A stretch of 64,000 nt of DNA from an uncultured Gammaproteobacteria bacterium (GCA_963810615.1 CAWEOA010000002.1:7732-71731), one strand, 5' to 3'; shown: positions 50,349 through 62,714, numbered from the stretch's first letter. The notes: a model not told the origin generated them from the sequence alone. Numbers and translations are program-made.

Positions 50349-52061
50349 TTATTCCGCCTGCCCGGGACGCATTGTCCCCCCGTGCTGGGGTGAACCGCCG
50401 CCGTGGCTGATCGTTTGTGTTAGATAACCCGGCGGCTCCTCGCCCATCATGTGATAGAGATTGGCCAAATGCAATCTAAAGAGACGCTCGAAATCCAGTA
50501 CCGTGCCGCTAGGATTATAGTCACCGAACCACCAGAACCAATCGGAACCCTCGCATATTGCCAGCTGCCGTTCCGCAGCCTCGCGATGCTCGCCGATGAG
50601 CTGACCGCTGGCGACGGCTTTGTCGAACGCCATCTTGGCGTCACCAAGAACATCCCAGGCGCGGTTCTTATCCTTGTCCCCAATCCAGGTGGAGAAGGTA
50701 CCGTACACCCAACTCCCGGCAACCAACCGCGGCAGAGATGACACCTGCCCCCCTTCACTCAGATAATCCGAGAATGTGGTCAAACGAATGCGCGGGTGCG
50801 TTGACAGCCGCGTATAGAGCGCGTTGAGGAAATAGTAGCCGTTATTCGGATAAAATTCCCAGGCATTCTCCCCGTCCAAGATGATGGGAACCAGATAATC
50901 GCCGCCGTCACTGCAGGCGTCATCTATGGTCTCGAGATGCGTCACCAGATTATTGACCGCATCGTCACCGTGCCATGTGGAGTAGGTAAAACCGATCATG
51001 TCCGACAAGCCGTCATCGCGGAAAAAACAGGCGATATCACCGGCATCGGCGACCCGGCAAGGTCGGTATAGCTGTTGTTCCCGCGATACCCCATGAACCT
51101 TGCCGGAAGCCTTCAAGCTGTGTTGCAACACGGCGCCACCCGACGCCGCCCAATGAAATCCCGCGTCGGAGAACAGTTTTAAAGCAGCCGCACTGACACT
51201 GCCTTCTGACGGCCAGCAACCCGTGGGTTTGAAACCGAAGTAACGCTGGAAGGTGGCCAGGCCCTGTTCAATATGGGCGCGCGCCCGTTCTTCACCCCCG
51301 GGATAACGCGGCAACAACGGCAAGGGGACATCGACCATGGCCTCCCGTGCACTGCCCAAATCCGATAGCAAGGGAATGATGGGATGGGCGTAGGGGTTCA
51401 CCGACAATTCCACCTGCCCACGTTCCGCCAAGGCGCGGTAGCGGGCGATAATTCCGCCTACCGAATCAGCGATGATCTCCAGCAGCTCGCGACGATCGTG
51501 CAGGGAGAAGGCCGTCTCCTTATCCATCAAGCGCTTCACGCGAACATCGCGGCGCTTCACCGTTTCACCCAGCCAGGCGAGGTGATACCACACCACCAGG
51601 TCGCTCAAGTACTGCTCGCCCATGTACATGATGGCTTCGGGTTTATCGTCCAACCATTCCGCGATGTCGGCAAGTCGCTTGTAGGCGGGATAAGGATCGA
51701 TCAAGCGTTCCTTATTGGCGCGCAGGCAGATCTTTATCAAGTCGAGACGCTGTTCGCGCCGCACCGGCAAGGCGGGCTCGTCCAGTGCAGCCAGCAAGGG
51801 ATCACGCAAGGCGGATGCATCTTTGAGATAACCGTGCAGTTGATTAGCGTAATCGTTGATCTGATCCAGCAATACCGGCGCAAAATTCACCACGGCTCGC
51901 GCCGCCGGCACATCCTCCAGATGAGCGGCCATATCCGCATAGTCCTTCATCGCGTGCAGATAGGTCCACGGCAACTGATACTCACCGCTCACCAGGTCCC
52001 GATACTCCGGCTGATGCATGTGCCAGCACAGCACCACGTTTAAACGTTTTTTAGCGGACAT
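50349..52061 (-). CDS. Glycoside hydrolase family 57 enzyme, alpha-glucan branching or 4-alpha-glucanotransferase type.
   Basis: The N-terminal region [11 protein letters not shown] is the GH57 signature, with other GH57 regions also present. The 570-aa gene overlaps glgC by 11 nt. Confidence 0.85.
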   Translation of the reverse strand: MSAKKRLNVVLCWHMHQPEYRDLVSGEYQLPWTYLHAMKDYADMAAHLEDVPAARAVVNFAPVLLDQINDYANQLHGYLKDASALRDPLLAALDEPALPVRREQRLDLIKICLRANKERLIDPYPAYKRLADIAEWLDDKPEAIMYMGEQYLSDLVVWYHLAWLGETVKRRDVRVKRLMDKETAFSLHDRRELLEIIADSVGGIIARYRALAERGQVELSVNPYAHPIIPLLSDLGSAREAMVDVPLPLLPRYPGGEERARAHIEQGLATFQRYFGFKPTGCWPSEGSVSAAALKLFSDAGFHWAASGGAVLQHSLKASGKVHGVSREQQLYRPCRVADAGDIACFFRDDGLSDMIGFTYSTWHGDDAVNNLVTHLETIDDACSDGGDYLVPIILDGENAWEFYPNNGYYFLNALYTRLSTHPRIRLTTFSDYLSEGGQVSSLPRLVAGSWVYGTFSTWIGDKDKNRAWDVLGDAKMAFDKAVASGQLIGEHREAAERQLAICEGSDWFWWFGDYNPSGTVLDFERLFRLHLANLYHMMGEEPPGYLTQTISHGGGSPQHGGTMRPGQAE

Positions 52062-53316
52062 AACGTCTACGATCGCCCAGCATCTCCGGAATCACCAGCA
52101 CCACACCTTCGGGGGACACATAAAAACGTTCGGCATCCTCTTCCGGATTCTCTCCGATCACCATGCCGTCGGGGATGTGGCAAAACTTATCTACCACCAC
52201 TTTACGCAGCCGGCAATTCTTTCCGACTTCAACGTCGGGCAACACCACGCAGTCACGCAGGGACGCCCCCGCGTTCAGCACCACGTTGGAAAACAGCAGC
52301 GAATGGCGCACCTCGGCACCGGAGATGATGCAACCGCCCGAGACCATGGAATCGATGGCCATACCGCGCCGATCATCGTCATCGAAAACGAACTTGGCCG
52401 GCGGGAGTTGCGCCTGGTAGGTCCAGATCGGCCAGGTTTCATCATAGAGATTCAGCTCCGGAGTAACACCGATCAATTCCATGTTCGCCGCCCAGAAGGC
52501 ATCGACGGTGCCCACATCCCGCCAATAGGCCTGCTCGCCTTTTTCATCGCGAAATGGGTAGGCCATGGCCCGATATTTGTCGATGATGCGCGGGATAATA
52601 TCTTTACCGAAATCGTGAGTGGAAGTAGTAGTGTCGGAATCTCGGATGAGCTGCTCGTACAGAAACAGGGTATTGAAAATGTAGATGCCCATGGAGGCCA
52701 GGGCCGTATCTTTTTTCCCCGGCGTCGGCTGAGGATCATCTGGTTTTTCCGCAAACCCGGTGACCTGCCAATCGTCATCCACCGACATCACCCCGAAGGC
52801 TTTGGCCTGTTCCAGCGGCACCTCGATGGCACCGATGGTGAGATCCGCGCCCTTGGCGACGTGATAGGCAATCATGGGACCATAGTCCATCTTGTAAATA
52901 TGATCTCCGGCCAAAATCAATACGTATTCCGGCCGATGGCTGCGGATGATATCCAGGTTTTGAAATACCGCGTCCGCCGTCCCCGTGTACCACGAGGTCT
53001 TGATGCGCTGCTGGGCCGGAACCAACTCCACAAACTCACCCAGTTCGGCGCGCAGAAAACCCCAACCTTGTTGGATATGGCGAATAAGCGAATGGGCTTT
53101 GTATTGAGTCAATACCGCGATGCGCCGAATTCCGGAATTGAGGCAATTGGAGAGGGGAAAGTCGACGATGCGAAATTTGCCTCCGAACGGTACGGCTGGC
53201 TTTGCCCGCCACAGCGTCAGGTGCTTTAAGCGCGAGCCGCGCCCCCCAGCCAAGATCAGCGCCAACGTATCCTGCGTAAGACGGCTGACAAAACGTTCTG
53301 TTTGCATATGATCCAA
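52051..53316 (-). CDS. glgC: Glucose-1-phosphate adenylyltransferase.
   Basis: [47 protein letters not shown] is the canonical GlgC N-terminus. A left-handed beta-helix C-terminus follows. Confidence 0.95.
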   Translation of the reverse strand: MDHMQTERFVSRLTQDTLALILAGGRGSRLKHLTLWRAKPAVPFGGKFRIVDFPLSNCLNSGIRRIAVLTQYKAHSLIRHIQQGWGFLRAELGEFVELVPAQQRIKTSWYTGTADAVFQNLDIIRSHRPEYVLILAGDHIYKMDYGPMIAYHVAKGADLTIGAIEVPLEQAKAFGVMSVDDDWQVTGFAEKPDDPQPTPGKKDTALASMGIYIFNTLFLYEQLIRDSDTTTSTHDFGKDIIPRIIDKYRAMAYPFRDEKGEQAYWRDVGTVDAFWAANMELIGVTPELNLYDETWPIWTYQAQLPPAKFVFDDDDRRGMAIDSMVSGGCIISGAEVRHSLLFSNVVLNAGASLRDCVVLPDVEVGKNCRLRKVVVDKFCHIPDGMVIGENPEEDAERFYVSPEGVVLVIPEMLGDRRRYVR

Positions 53317-53551
53317 ATCCCCCCACTATTATGCTGACGGAATCCGGAATGACCATCCGGACCCTTCCCCATCTCCCCGCAGCCGGAGGATAGGACAGCC
53401 GCCCAAGTGAATATGTTAACATTAGTAGAGAAAGGAAAGGTGTGACATGCTGCCATTTAGCCAATAATCAGCAGGTCATGATCGTCCGATGGAATATTGG
53501 CAGTAGACTGCTAGCATAATGGAAAGACTCCGGCACCTTGAGGGATGCACC

Positions 53552-55717
53552 ATGACCCCGTCTGAACTAAGCCTCATCACAGAGGCGCGACATCACGACC
53601 CCTTCGCCGTATTGGGCAAACACCGCACTCCGCAGGGTGAACTGATCCGCGCCTATCTGCCGGGCGCCGATACCGCATCCATCGTGGACGGCGACTTGCC
53701 TCTGCAGCGCATAAACGGCAGCGATATCTTCGAGTGGCGCGGGCAAATTGGCCTGATTCCCGACCATTACCGCCTCCACTGGCAAACTGCGGATGGTCAT
53801 TCTCACACGGCCTACGACCCTTATTGTTTCCCCCCGCAAATTTCCGAGTTCGATTTACACCTCTTCAATGAAGGCAAGCATTGGCATGCCTATAAATTCC
53901 TCGGGGCGCACCCGTGGACGGTGGAGGGCGTGGAGGGCGTATTGTTTGCCACCTGGGCCCCCAACGCGGCACGGGTCAGCGTGGTCGGCGACTTCAACAG
54001 CTGGGACGGACGCGCCCATCCGATGCGGATACGCGGCGGCACCGGCATCTGGGAATTATTCATCCCTGACCTGCAGCCGGGCACTCTGTATAAATTTGAA
54101 CTGCGCAACCGCGATTCCGGGAATATCTATCTCAAATCTGACCCTTATGGGCAAGTTTTTGAGCGCCGCCCCAGTACCGCTTCTATCGTACGCGGCACAG
54201 ACGTCTATGTTTGGAATGATGCGCCGTGGTTGGAGAAACGCGGTCACGTCGACTGGCAGCATCAACCCCTGTCTATCTATGAAGTCCATCTTGGCTCATG
54301 GCAATTGGATGAACAGGGTAATTTTCTGAATTACCGGGAACTGGCACGACGGCTGGTGGAATACGTCAAGCCCTTGGGTTTTACCCATATCGAACTGCTG
54401 CCCATCACCGAACACCCCTTGGATGTCTCGTGGGGATATCAGACCGTCGGCAACTTCGCCGCCACCAGCCGTTTCGGCTCCCCGGACGATTTCCGCTTCT
54501 TCGTCGACTATTGCCACCGACATGACATCGGCGTATTCCTCGACTGGGTACCGGGACATTTCCCCAAAGACCCCCATGGTCTGGTGCGGTTCGACGGTAG
54601 CGCCCTCTACGAACATGAAGATCCGCGCAAAGGAGAACATCGCGACTGGGGCACGCTCATCTATAACTACGGCCGGAATGAGGTCCGTAATTATTTGCTG
54701 GCCAGCGCCGTGTTCTGGATAGAGGAATGCCATATCGACGGTCTGCGCGTTGATGCCGTGGCCTCCATGCTCTATCTCGATTATTCGCGCGAGCCCGGCG
54801 ATTGGGTCCCCAATATCTATGGCGGCAATGAAAACCTGGAAGCTATCGCCTTCCTGCGCCAGCTCAACGAAGTCACCCACGGCCAGTTCCCGGGCACGGT
54901 GGTGATGGCGGAGGAATCCACCGCCTGGCCCATGGTGTCCCGTCCCACCTGGCTGGGCGGCCTCGGCTTCAGCATGAAATGGAACATGGGATGGATGCAC
55001 GACAGCCTGTCGTATATGCAAAACGATCCCATCCACCGCCACTACCATCACGATATGCTTACCTTCGGCATGTTGTACAGTTTTACGGAAAACTTCGTGC
55101 TGCCTTTTTCCCACGATGAAGTGGTGCACGGAAAGCGCTCATTGCTATATCGCATGCCGGGCGACGAGTGGCAGCGTTTTGCCAATCTGCGCCTGCTCTA
55201 CACTTATATGTTCACCTATCCCGGCAAGAAGCTGCTGTTCATGGGCTGCGAATTCGGACAAGGCGACGAATGGGATTCCGCCTCGGAGTTGGACTGGTAC
55301 GTCTTGGACTATCCCTTTCACCAGGGCGTTAAACGGCTGGTAGGCGATCTGAATCGCCTCTATCGAGGCTCCCCGGCCCTCTATCACTATGACTTCGAAC
55401 CGCAAGGGTTCGAATGGATAGACTGCCACGATGCCCCGCAATCCATACTGAGCTACGTGCGACGTCACGATGATCAAATCGCCATTATCGCCCTTAATTT
55501 CACCCCGATACCGCGCTATAACTATCGCTTAGGGGTTCCCCATGCCGGACTGTACCGGGAAACCCTCAATTCCGACTCGGAATATTACAGCGGCAGCAAC
55601 CTCGGCAATGCCGGCACGGTAGAGGCCGAGGAAATCCCGTGGATGGGCCGACCTTACTCCATCAGCATCACCTTGCCGCCCCTGGCCGGGGTGGTCTTCC
55701 TGCCGCAATTGGATTAA
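53552..55717 (+). CDS. glgB: 1,4-alpha-glucan branching enzyme (GH13).
   Basis: It is collinear with E. coli GlgB, matching [33 protein letters not shown] and [10 protein letters not shown]. The start is MTPSELSL, 8 nt after a GAGGGA ribosome-binding site. Confidence 0.95.
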   Translation: MTPSELSLITEARHHDPFAVLGKHRTPQGELIRAYLPGADTASIVDGDLPLQRINGSDIFEWRGQIGLIPDHYRLHWQTADGHSHTAYDPYCFPPQISEFDLHLFNEGKHWHAYKFLGAHPWTVEGVEGVLFATWAPNAARVSVVGDFNSWDGRAHPMRIRGGTGIWELFIPDLQPGTLYKFELRNRDSGNIYLKSDPYGQVFERRPSTASIVRGTDVYVWNDAPWLEKRGHVDWQHQPLSIYEVHLGSWQLDEQGNFLNYRELARRLVEYVKPLGFTHIELLPITEHPLDVSWGYQTVGNFAATSRFGSPDDFRFFVDYCHRHDIGVFLDWVPGHFPKDPHGLVRFDGSALYEHEDPRKGEHRDWGTLIYNYGRNEVRNYLLASAVFWIEECHIDGLRVDAVASMLYLDYSREPGDWVPNIYGGNENLEAIAFLRQLNEVTHGQFPGTVVMAEESTAWPMVSRPTWLGGLGFSMKWNMGWMHDSLSYMQNDPIHRHYHHDMLTFGMLYSFTENFVLPFSHDEVVHGKRSLLYRMPGDEWQRFANLRLLYTYMFTYPGKKLLFMGCEFGQGDEWDSASELDWYVLDYPFHQGVKRLVGDLNRLYRGSPALYHYDFEPQGFEWIDCHDAPQSILSYVRRHDDQIAIIALNFTPIPRYNYRLGVPHAGLYRETLNSDSEYYSGSNLGNAGTVEAEEIPWMGRPYSISITLPPLAGVVFLPQLD

Positions 55718-55722
55718 GCGCT

Positions 55723-56415
55723 TTATCCTAACAATTGCATAGTGACCGTCATGCTGGCGGCCAACAACAGGGGCAGGCCCCACTGCGCGAGGGGTGGAGC
55801 AGATTGCTCGGTCAACATGATGGGCTCACAGGCGGCGCCTTCCGCCTCCCCGGTCACCATACCAAAGATGGCGCCGGACACGGCGCCGATGCGGGCCATC
55901 GGTCCGGCCGCTTCCCCGCTGGCCGCCAATGCCGCGCGTAGATGAGCCTGCACCCGGGTCACCGCCTCCAAACTCAATGCGGCCCGTACCGCAAATCGCT
56001 CGTGGGGAAACCTCAACAGGCCCAAAGGCGCCATCATCCAATGCAGGGCGCCGAGCACCTCGTCCCGGGACGTGACCGACAGCAATAAACTGGCGGCCGT
56101 CACCATCAAGGCCAAAGATGTTATCCGTAACCCACCCTGCCATAAACCTTCGACGGTAGGCAGCCACGCGGCAAAGGACGGCATGGCCGGGATCAGCGGC
56201 ACTCCGGGAGTGAGCCATAGATAAATTACGGCTATGGAAAGAAACAGCCAGCGCATGCGGCGCAACAGGCGCCATGCCGCATGCCAGGATTGACCATCAA
56301 GCTTCATGTATAGATACGTCAGGACCATGATAGCGACGAGAATATTCGCCGCATCGCCCTGCGCCAGAAACGCCGTCAACACAATAAAACTGATTATGCG
56401 AATTACAGGATGCAT
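55723..56415 (-). CDS. Polytopic membrane protein, possibly CbiQ/EcfT-like.
   Basis: The 230-aa protein has 5-6 hydrophobic segments. LLRFPHERFAVRAALSLEAV resembles the EcfT/CbiQ coupling helix. The 5' extension in the ORF track overlaps the fimV 3' end and was trimmed. Confidence 0.45.
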   Translation of the reverse strand: MHPVIRIISFIVLTAFLAQGDAANILVAIMVLTYLYMKLDGQSWHAAWRLLRRMRWLFLSIAVIYLWLTPGVPLIPAMPSFAAWLPTVEGLWQGGLRITSLALMVTAASLLLSVTSRDEVLGALHWMMAPLGLLRFPHERFAVRAALSLEAVTRVQAHLRAALAASGEAAGPMARIGAVSGAIFGMVTGEAEGAACEPIMLTEQSAPPLAQWGLPLLLAASMTVTMQLLG

Positions 56416-56467
56416 AGAGATAAACCATGAGGTGCGCTGGTGGCACCCGCAAACAGGCGCGTACGGC

Positions 56468-59044
56468 CTAAGCGATTTTCTCCACCAGGCCCTTGGCTTC
56501 CTGCTTTTGCTGATCGTTACCTTCCTCGATAACTTCAGTGAGGATATCGCGGGCGCTGTCATTGTCGCCCATATCGATATAGGCCCGGGCCAGATCCAAC
56601 TTGGTACCGACGACGTCCGTGCCCGCCAGTAAATCCGCGTCATCCAAACCGAAGTCGATATTGCCGAAATCGGATATGGCGGGTTCAATTTCCCAGGATT
56701 TATTCCGATCACCAGCTCCCGTAGCGCTCTCTTCCTCGGCCTCGGCACCGACATCCTTTTCTTCCTCCGCAGGCATTTGAGACGCAAATTCCGAATCCGT
56801 ATGCAAGGGTTCGGAAGTCTGTTCATCCGCCTCATGCAAAACGACATCTGCCGCCTCTCCCAGAGCCTCCTCTTCAAGATTCAGGTCAAATTCCATTTTT
56901 TCATCTTGCGGTGCGGCGGCAGCCACTTGAACGTCTTCAACCGGACCGCTATCTGCGGTTTCGTCACCAATATTCAAATCAAAGGAATCTTCGCCCGCCC
57001 CCGCGGCTGTAAGCGCTTCGCCTGATAAGGTTCCGGCAACACCACCACCGGCCTCCTCTTCGGACAAAACACCCTTGCCAGCCGTATCACCGACACCGGC
57101 CGAGGCGTTAAACAAGGTGTGATCAGGACAGAGTTCCCGACCCATAGGCAGGATCCGCTGCCACAGGGCATCATCGTCATTCGCACCTAAACTCTCGTAG
57201 AGCGATTGCGCTACGCTTCGGAAAGATTCGGCATTCTTGGATGCATAATAAATCTCCAACAGCTTCGCCTGCAGATCCTGGCGACCAGGCTGTTTGGCGA
57301 GCGCATTTTGAATGAGCGCTTCGGCCTGTTGATAGCGACGATATGCCAGATAGACGTCGGCCTCGACGATGGGATCAATGTCACCTTCCGGAGTATGCAG
57401 CACATCCAGATCACTGGCAGCTTGCGGTATGTCCTGTTCCGCCTCGTGCGCAACTTCTTCCGCCACGTCGGTCATCTGCTGGGTATCGCCCAACTCGGCC
57501 ACATCGGAGATTTCCGTGCGTTCTTCCTGAGCGGGCTGATCTTCCACCACAGGCAATACGTCCTGATCTTCAAGGCTTTCGTCCGGCTCGACTTCCGCGT
57601 CGTTGCGCCGACGCCGCATAACCAACCATAACACCGACAATAACAGCAGCGCCGCTCCGCCTGCTGCAGCCATCAAGGTTGGATCGGCAAATAAGTCCGT
57701 CGATTCCTTGGTCTTGGGCGCGGCGGGTTGCACGGGTGCCGGCTTGGCCGACATCGGATTAACCGCTGCAGACGGCGGTACTGTCGCTGCCGGAGTACTC
57801 GAGTCCGCGGCAGGCTGAGTCGCCGTCATCCCAGAGCGTTTTTGCAATTCGTTCAGCGATTCATCTTTAAGCGTCAGCAAGCGCTGCATGGAATTAATTT
57901 GATCTTCCAAGGCCGAGACGCGCGACCGTAATTCATCGCTTTCCCGCTTGGCGGTATCGGACGATTCCATAGCGATAGCAAGCTCGCCGCGCAATTTATC
58001 CAGCTCTTCCTGCGTGCCGCCCGCAGCCCCTCCGGATTTGGCTGAAACATCCCCGGGGGCCACCAGACGCAGCCGCGCTGATTCCTTGCCTTGGCTTGCA
58101 GTGCTTGTCTGTTGAGACTCTTGTCCTGCCTTGGCGGCAGGGGCGGCGCCTTCAGCTTCACCGGTTACGGCGGAACCGCGACGACTCTGTTGCCAGCGCT
58201 GATATTGACGGGCCGCTTCCCGCACCGCTTGTTCTTTATCGATAGCCATCACTGCGGACTTCTCGGGCACCCGCAGCACATAACCAGCCTTGAGACTATT
58301 GATATTGTTATCGTAGAAGGCCTGCGAATTTTCCTTCAATAAGGCCAGCATCATTTGATAAACGCTGACGGAATCATCCGGCAGCAGGGTCTTTGCGATA
58401 TTCCACAAGGTGTCATTGCGTTCAGTGGGACCGTAGCTTATCGCACCCTTGTCATTCTTCACCCTGGACTTGATCTCATTGCCGCCCGCACTTCCGGCAG
58501 TCGGCGACACCTGTTGAGGTACAGCGGCCGGAGCCGGACTCGCCGGTGCGGTTGCCGCCATCGGTGCCGGTTGCGGTTGCGGTGGATTTGCAGGGACAGC
58601 AGGCTTGGGCGGCGCTTCGATAACGGGTGCAGCAACCGGTGCCTTCTGTTCCTCGCCGAAGACCGGCGGATCCAGCAGCAAGGTATATTCACGTAGCAGT
58701 CGCCCCGACTGCCAGTTCAGCTGCACAATAAAATCAAGGAAAGGTTCGCGAATCGGTTGGGTAGAAGTAATATTCAGAGTCGCCGTGCCGTCTTTTCCGG
58801 GCACGATGGTGAACTTGATATCCGACAGGACCGCCGGCCGTTCAATGCCCGCCCGCGCAAACTCGTCGTTCGGTGCCAGACGCACCGACGCATTACCCAA
58901 TTCTCCGGGTTGCGCCGACAAGATACGGACATCGGCATTAAGGGGCTCATTAAGGGCAGAATGCAGTTCGATATCACCCAGCCCCAACGCGTAAACCCGG
59001 GTGGACGCTATCGCCACGGCCACCGCCAGCGCCAATTTACGCAT
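56468..59044 (-). CDS. fimV: FimV / HubP-family peptidoglycan-binding protein, a type IV pilus assembly and polar-landmark protein.
   Basis: A signal peptide, a LysM region, a single TM (LMAAAGGAALLLLSVLWLVM), a long acidic Pro/Ala-rich low-complexity region, C-terminal TPR-like repeats and the FimV C-terminal motif DLARAYIDMGDNDSARDILTEVIEEGNDQQKQEAKGLVEKI are all present. Confidence 0.85.
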   Translation of the reverse strand: MRKLALAVAVAIASTRVYALGLGDIELHSALNEPLNADVRILSAQPGELGNASVRLAPNDEFARAGIERPAVLSDIKFTIVPGKDGTATLNITSTQPIREPFLDFIVQLNWQSGRLLREYTLLLDPPVFGEEQKAPVAAPVIEAPPKPAVPANPPQPQPAPMAATAPASPAPAAVPQQVSPTAGSAGGNEIKSRVKNDKGAISYGPTERNDTLWNIAKTLLPDDSVSVYQMMLALLKENSQAFYDNNINSLKAGYVLRVPEKSAVMAIDKEQAVREAARQYQRWQQSRRGSAVTGEAEGAAPAAKAGQESQQTSTASQGKESARLRLVAPGDVSAKSGGAAGGTQEELDKLRGELAIAMESSDTAKRESDELRSRVSALEDQINSMQRLLTLKDESLNELQKRSGMTATQPAADSSTPAATVPPSAAVNPMSAKPAPVQPAAPKTKESTDLFADPTLMAAAGGAALLLLSVLWLVMRRRRNDAEVEPDESLEDQDVLPVVEDQPAQEERTEISDVAELGDTQQMTDVAEEVAHEAEQDIPQAASDLDVLHTPEGDIDPIVEADVYLAYRRYQQAEALIQNALAKQPGRQDLQAKLLEIYYASKNAESFRSVAQSLYESLGANDDDALWQRILPMGRELCPDHTLFNASAGVGDTAGKGVLSEEEAGGGVAGTLSGEALTAAGAGEDSFDLNIGDETADSGPVEDVQVAAAAPQDEKMEFDLNLEEEALGEAADVVLHEADEQTSEPLHTDSEFASQMPAEEEKDVGAEAEEESATGAGDRNKSWEIEPAISDFGNIDFGLDDADLLAGTDVVGTKLDLARAYIDMGDNDSARDILTEVIEEGNDQQKQEAKGLVEKIA

Positions 59045-59273
59045 CTTCAATTGTCTTCCTTTTCTCAGTATCACCCGTCTACCCTTCGACAACCGGTCCT
59101 TCGCATTTCTCCGCCACCCCAACCGTATCCCATGAGGGATTCATACGAACTAACATATCGGATTTACGGAGAATTTCTTTAATTGCCCTATCGGCACGAA
59201 GAATGAGCAAGTCCCTGCCCCCTAAGCCATTGATACGTCCGTTAATACCAAATGATTCCTGATCAGTATATCC

Positions 59274-60302
59274 CTAACTAAGATAGTCTTTTACCAGAAT
59301 CTCAGCAATTTGAATACTGTTCAAGGCGGCACCTTTGCGTACGTTGTCGGCCACAATCCACAAATCTAAACCAAGGGGGTGCGACAAATCTTCGCGCACC
59401 CGCCCGACATAAACCGCATCTGCGCCCACCGCTTCGGTCACGGCGGTGGGGAAGGCTCCTGTCTTACGCCTGTCGACCAGCTTAACACTCGGCGATTTTT
59501 CCAACAGTTGCCGGGCCGCGGCCGCCGTGATTTTATCCCGCGTTTCAATATGCACCGCCTGAGAATGGCCGAAAAAAACCGGCACGCGCGCGCAGCTTGC
59601 ATTGACTTGGATGGTCTCATCGGCAAGGATCTTACGCGTCTCCCACAACATCTTCATTTCCTCGCGCGTGTAGCCATTATCCAAAACTTCACCGACCACA
59701 GGCAAAACATTGAACGCAATTTGCTTGGGATAGACCTTACTGCTAACCCCCTTCATATTGAAGATCGACATGGTTTGCGTCGCCAATTCATCCATGGCCA
59801 TCTTACCCGTACCGGAGACCGCTTGAAAGGTGACTACGTTTATGCGCTTGATCCCCACCGCATCGTAAATCCCCTTCAAGGCCACCAGCAGCAAGGTCAC
59901 ACAGGAATTGGGATTGGCGATGATGCTACGCCGGCGGTACTGGCTGATGGCCTCGGCGTTGACCTCAGACACCACCAAGGGCACGTCCTCTTCGTAACGA
60001 AATTGCGCGCTGTCATCGATAACGACGCAGCCGACGGCGGCAGCCCTGGGCGCATGCAGGGCGGCAAGCTCCTCCCCGGCGCAGAAAAAGGCAAGCTGCG
60101 CTTGCGAAAAATCGAAGTCGGCGACATTCCGTACCGGCACATAGCTATCTCGAAATTCAACGCGACCGGCTTCGATCCCGGTCGAATCCAGCGCATACAA
60201 GGTCCCAAGCGGAAAATCCCGTTCGGCCAACAGAGACAACACCGCTTCGCCCACGACGCTGCTAACCCCAACGATGGCTACGTTGTATTTAGTGGTCATC
60301 AT
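59274..60302 (-). CDS. Aspartate-semialdehyde dehydrogenase paralog (USG-1/PA3116-like).
   Basis: The N-terminus is MTTKYNVAIVGVSSVVGEA, a Rossmann fold. The active-site region NPNSCVTLLLVAL and the C-terminal Asd-family dimerisation domain are present. Confidence 0.85.
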   Translation of the reverse strand: MMTTKYNVAIVGVSSVVGEAVLSLLAERDFPLGTLYALDSTGIEAGRVEFRDSYVPVRNVADFDFSQAQLAFFCAGEELAALHAPRAAAVGCVVIDDSAQFRYEEDVPLVVSEVNAEAISQYRRRSIIANPNSCVTLLLVALKGIYDAVGIKRINVVTFQAVSGTGKMAMDELATQTMSIFNMKGVSSKVYPKQIAFNVLPVVGEVLDNGYTREEMKMLWETRKILADETIQVNASCARVPVFFGHSQAVHIETRDKITAAAARQLLEKSPSVKLVDRRKTGAFPTAVTEAVGADAVYVGRVREDLSHPLGLDLWIVADNVRKGAALNSIQIAEILVKDYLS

Positions 60303-60310
60303 CAATAGGA

Positions 60311-61423
60311 CTATTGTTCCAGCAGGATATTCAACATGCGCCGCAGCGGCTCTGCGGCGCCCCACAGCAGTTGGTCACCGACGGTGAAGGCGGACAGGTA
60401 CTGCGGCCCCATAGTGAGCTTGCGCAAACGCCCTACCGGCACGGTCAAAGTCCCGGTCACGGCGGTCGGCGTCAGTTCACGCATACTGAGCTCACGGTCG
60501 TTGGGTACCACTTTGACCCAGTCATTATGAGTGGCGATGATGTCACGAATCTCATCCAGCGGCACATCCTTGCTCAGCTTGATGGTCAGGGCCTGGCTGT
60601 GACAGCGCATGGCACCGATGCGCACACACAGACCGTCGATGGGGATGGGCTGGGCGCTGCGCCCCAGGATCTTGTTGCATTCCACCTGGGCCTTCCACTC
60701 TTCCTTGCTCTGACCACTGTCGAGCTGCACGTCGATCCACGGGATCAGGGAACCGGCCAGCGGTACCGGCCAGGCGTCCAAGGGATAGCGATCGGAGCGC
60801 ATAAAATCGGCAACCTGCTTGTCGATCTCCAAGATGGCTGAGGCGGGATCGTCCACCAGCGCGGCCACCTCGCCGTTAATCGCCCCCATCTGCCGGATCA
60901 ATTCGCGCATATTGCGCGCGCCAGCACCGGAAGCGGCTTGATAGGTCATGGGGCTGATCCACTCGACTAGCCCCTTGTCCAACAGCCCGCCAATGGCCAT
61001 CAGCATCAGCGACACGGTGCAGTTGCCGCCGACGTAGGTCTTGACCCCCTTGGCCAGACCGTCCTTGATGACCTCGTAGTTGACCGGATCCAGGACAATG
61101 ATGGCATCATCCTTCATGCGCAGCGCGGAGGCGGCATCTATCCAATAGCCGTTCCAGCCCGCCGCGCGCAGCCGCGGATACACCTCTTTGGTATAATCGC
61201 CGCCCTGGCAAGTGACGACAACATCCATGGTCTGCAAGGCATCGATACTGTTGGCATCCATCAGCGGCGGCACATCCTTGCCGATGGCCGGGCCCTTGCC
61301 ACCCACCTGGGAGGTGGTGAAAAACACCGGGTCAATCGATTCGAAATTCCGTTCGGCCTGCATGCGCTGCATCAGTACCGAGCCCACCATGCCGCGCCAA
61401 CCGATGAATCCCACTCTTTTCAT
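60311..61423 (-). CDS. asd: Aspartate-semialdehyde dehydrogenase.
   Basis: The N-terminus is [17 protein letters not shown]. The active-site Cys region [16 protein letters not shown] is present. At 370 aa it is typical of gamma-proteobacterial Asd. Confidence 0.9.
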   Translation of the reverse strand: MKRVGFIGWRGMVGSVLMQRMQAERNFESIDPVFFTTSQVGGKGPAIGKDVPPLMDANSIDALQTMDVVVTCQGGDYTKEVYPRLRAAGWNGYWIDAASALRMKDDAIIVLDPVNYEVIKDGLAKGVKTYVGGNCTVSLMLMAIGGLLDKGLVEWISPMTYQAASGAGARNMRELIRQMGAINGEVAALVDDPASAILEIDKQVADFMRSDRYPLDAWPVPLAGSLIPWIDVQLDSGQSKEEWKAQVECNKILGRSAQPIPIDGLCVRIGAMRCHSQALTIKLSKDVPLDEIRDIIATHNDWVKVVPNDRELSMRELTPTAVTGTLTVPVGRLRKLTMGPQYLSAFTVGDQLLWGAAEPLRRMLNILLEQ

Positions 61424-61534
61424 GATCAAACCTCGCCATTAATGTCCGGTGGGTTACCCCACCACGATGAAGGCACAACACAAAATTATCATAGGCTGAC
61501 GACTGATTTACACTCGCCGCATGCCCAACAGCAT

Positions 61535-62611
61535 CTATTCGCGCAGGGCCGCCACGACCGCATCACCCATGGCCGCCGTGCTCACCTTCTGCATGCCCGC
61601 TGTGAAAATGTCAGCGGTACGATAACCCTGTTCCAGCACCGCCTCTACCGCCGCATCCACGCGGTCCGCCAATGCCGTCTCGCTTAAAGTGTAGCGCAAC
61701 AGCATGGCCACGGAGAGGATGGTCGCCAGCGGATTGGCGATGCCCTGCCCGGCAATATCCGGTGCCGAACCATGTATCGGCTCGTACATCCCCTTGTTGC
61801 AATCGTCCAGCGACGCCGAGGGCAGCATGCCGATGGAACCGGTGAGCATGGAGGCCTCGTCGGAGAGGATATCGCCAAAGATGTTACCGGTGACGATGAC
61901 ATCGAACTGCTTGGGGTTACGCACCAACTGCATCGCGGCATTGTCCACATACATATGGCTCAAGGTCACTTGCGGATAGTCCTTAGCGACTTCGATGACG
62001 ACCTCCTTCCACAACTCGCTGCATTCCAGCACATTGGCCTTTTCCACCGAGCACAGCTTCTTGCCGCGTTTCAAGGCGATCTCAAAGGCCACCTGGGCAA
62101 CACGCCGCACCTCCGATTCGCTATAGACCATGGTATTGAATCCGACCCGCTCGCCGTTGCGTTCCTCGATACCGCGCGGCTGCCCGAAATAGATATCCCC
62201 GGTCAACTCGCGCACGATCAAGATATCCAGACCGGCCACCACCTCCGGCTTGAGGCTAGAGGCGGCGGCCAGCTGCGGATAGAGCAGCGCCGGCCGCAGG
62301 TTGGCGAACAAGTTGAGTTCTTTGCGGATGCGCAACAGACCGCGTTCCGGGCGCTGGTCCCGCGGCAGGGTATCGTATTTGACGCCGCCCACCGCGCCTA
62401 ACAGGACCGCGTCCGCCTGCTGGGCCAACGCCAAAGTCGTCTCCGGCAGGGGATCGCCCGCCGCATCATAGCCCGCCCCGCCGATGGGCGCCTGTTCCGT
62501 TTCTATAGCAAGACCGAAATCCTGGCGCAGACATCCCAACACCTTCACCGCCTCCGCAACGATCTCCGGACCGATGCCATCCCCGGGTAACACCGCTATC
62601 TTTTTGGTCAT
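61535..62611 (-). CDS. leuB: 3-isopropylmalate dehydrogenase.
   Basis: The N-terminus is [18 protein letters not shown]. The motifs [11 protein letters not shown] and [11 protein letters not shown] are present. Confidence 0.95.
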   Translation of the reverse strand: MTKKIAVLPGDGIGPEIVAEAVKVLGCLRQDFGLAIETEQAPIGGAGYDAAGDPLPETTLALAQQADAVLLGAVGGVKYDTLPRDQRPERGLLRIRKELNLFANLRPALLYPQLAAASSLKPEVVAGLDILIVRELTGDIYFGQPRGIEERNGERVGFNTMVYSESEVRRVAQVAFEIALKRGKKLCSVEKANVLECSELWKEVVIEVAKDYPQVTLSHMYVDNAAMQLVRNPKQFDVIVTGNIFGDILSDEASMLTGSIGMLPSASLDDCNKGMYEPIHGSAPDIAGQGIANPLATILSVAMLLRYTLSETALADRVDAAVEAVLEQGYRTADIFTAGMQKVSTAAMGDAVVAALRE

Positions 62612-62714
62612 ATTCTATGATTCCCGATCACTCTATACTATGCCACCCAGAGCACCATACTCATGGTGGATTTTTACGCATTTACCACCGTGCCGCATGG
62701 TGTCGATCTATGCA

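Noticed and set aside
55723-56877. The full 384-aa extent of the ORF downstream of fimV.
   Set aside because: Its first 150 codons or so overlap the fimV 3' end in another frame. The sequence there is Arg/Lys-rich junk (MKRRLWERRQMSFCMRRMNRL...). The ORF was trimmed to the Met at 56415, where the hydrophobic membrane protein begins.
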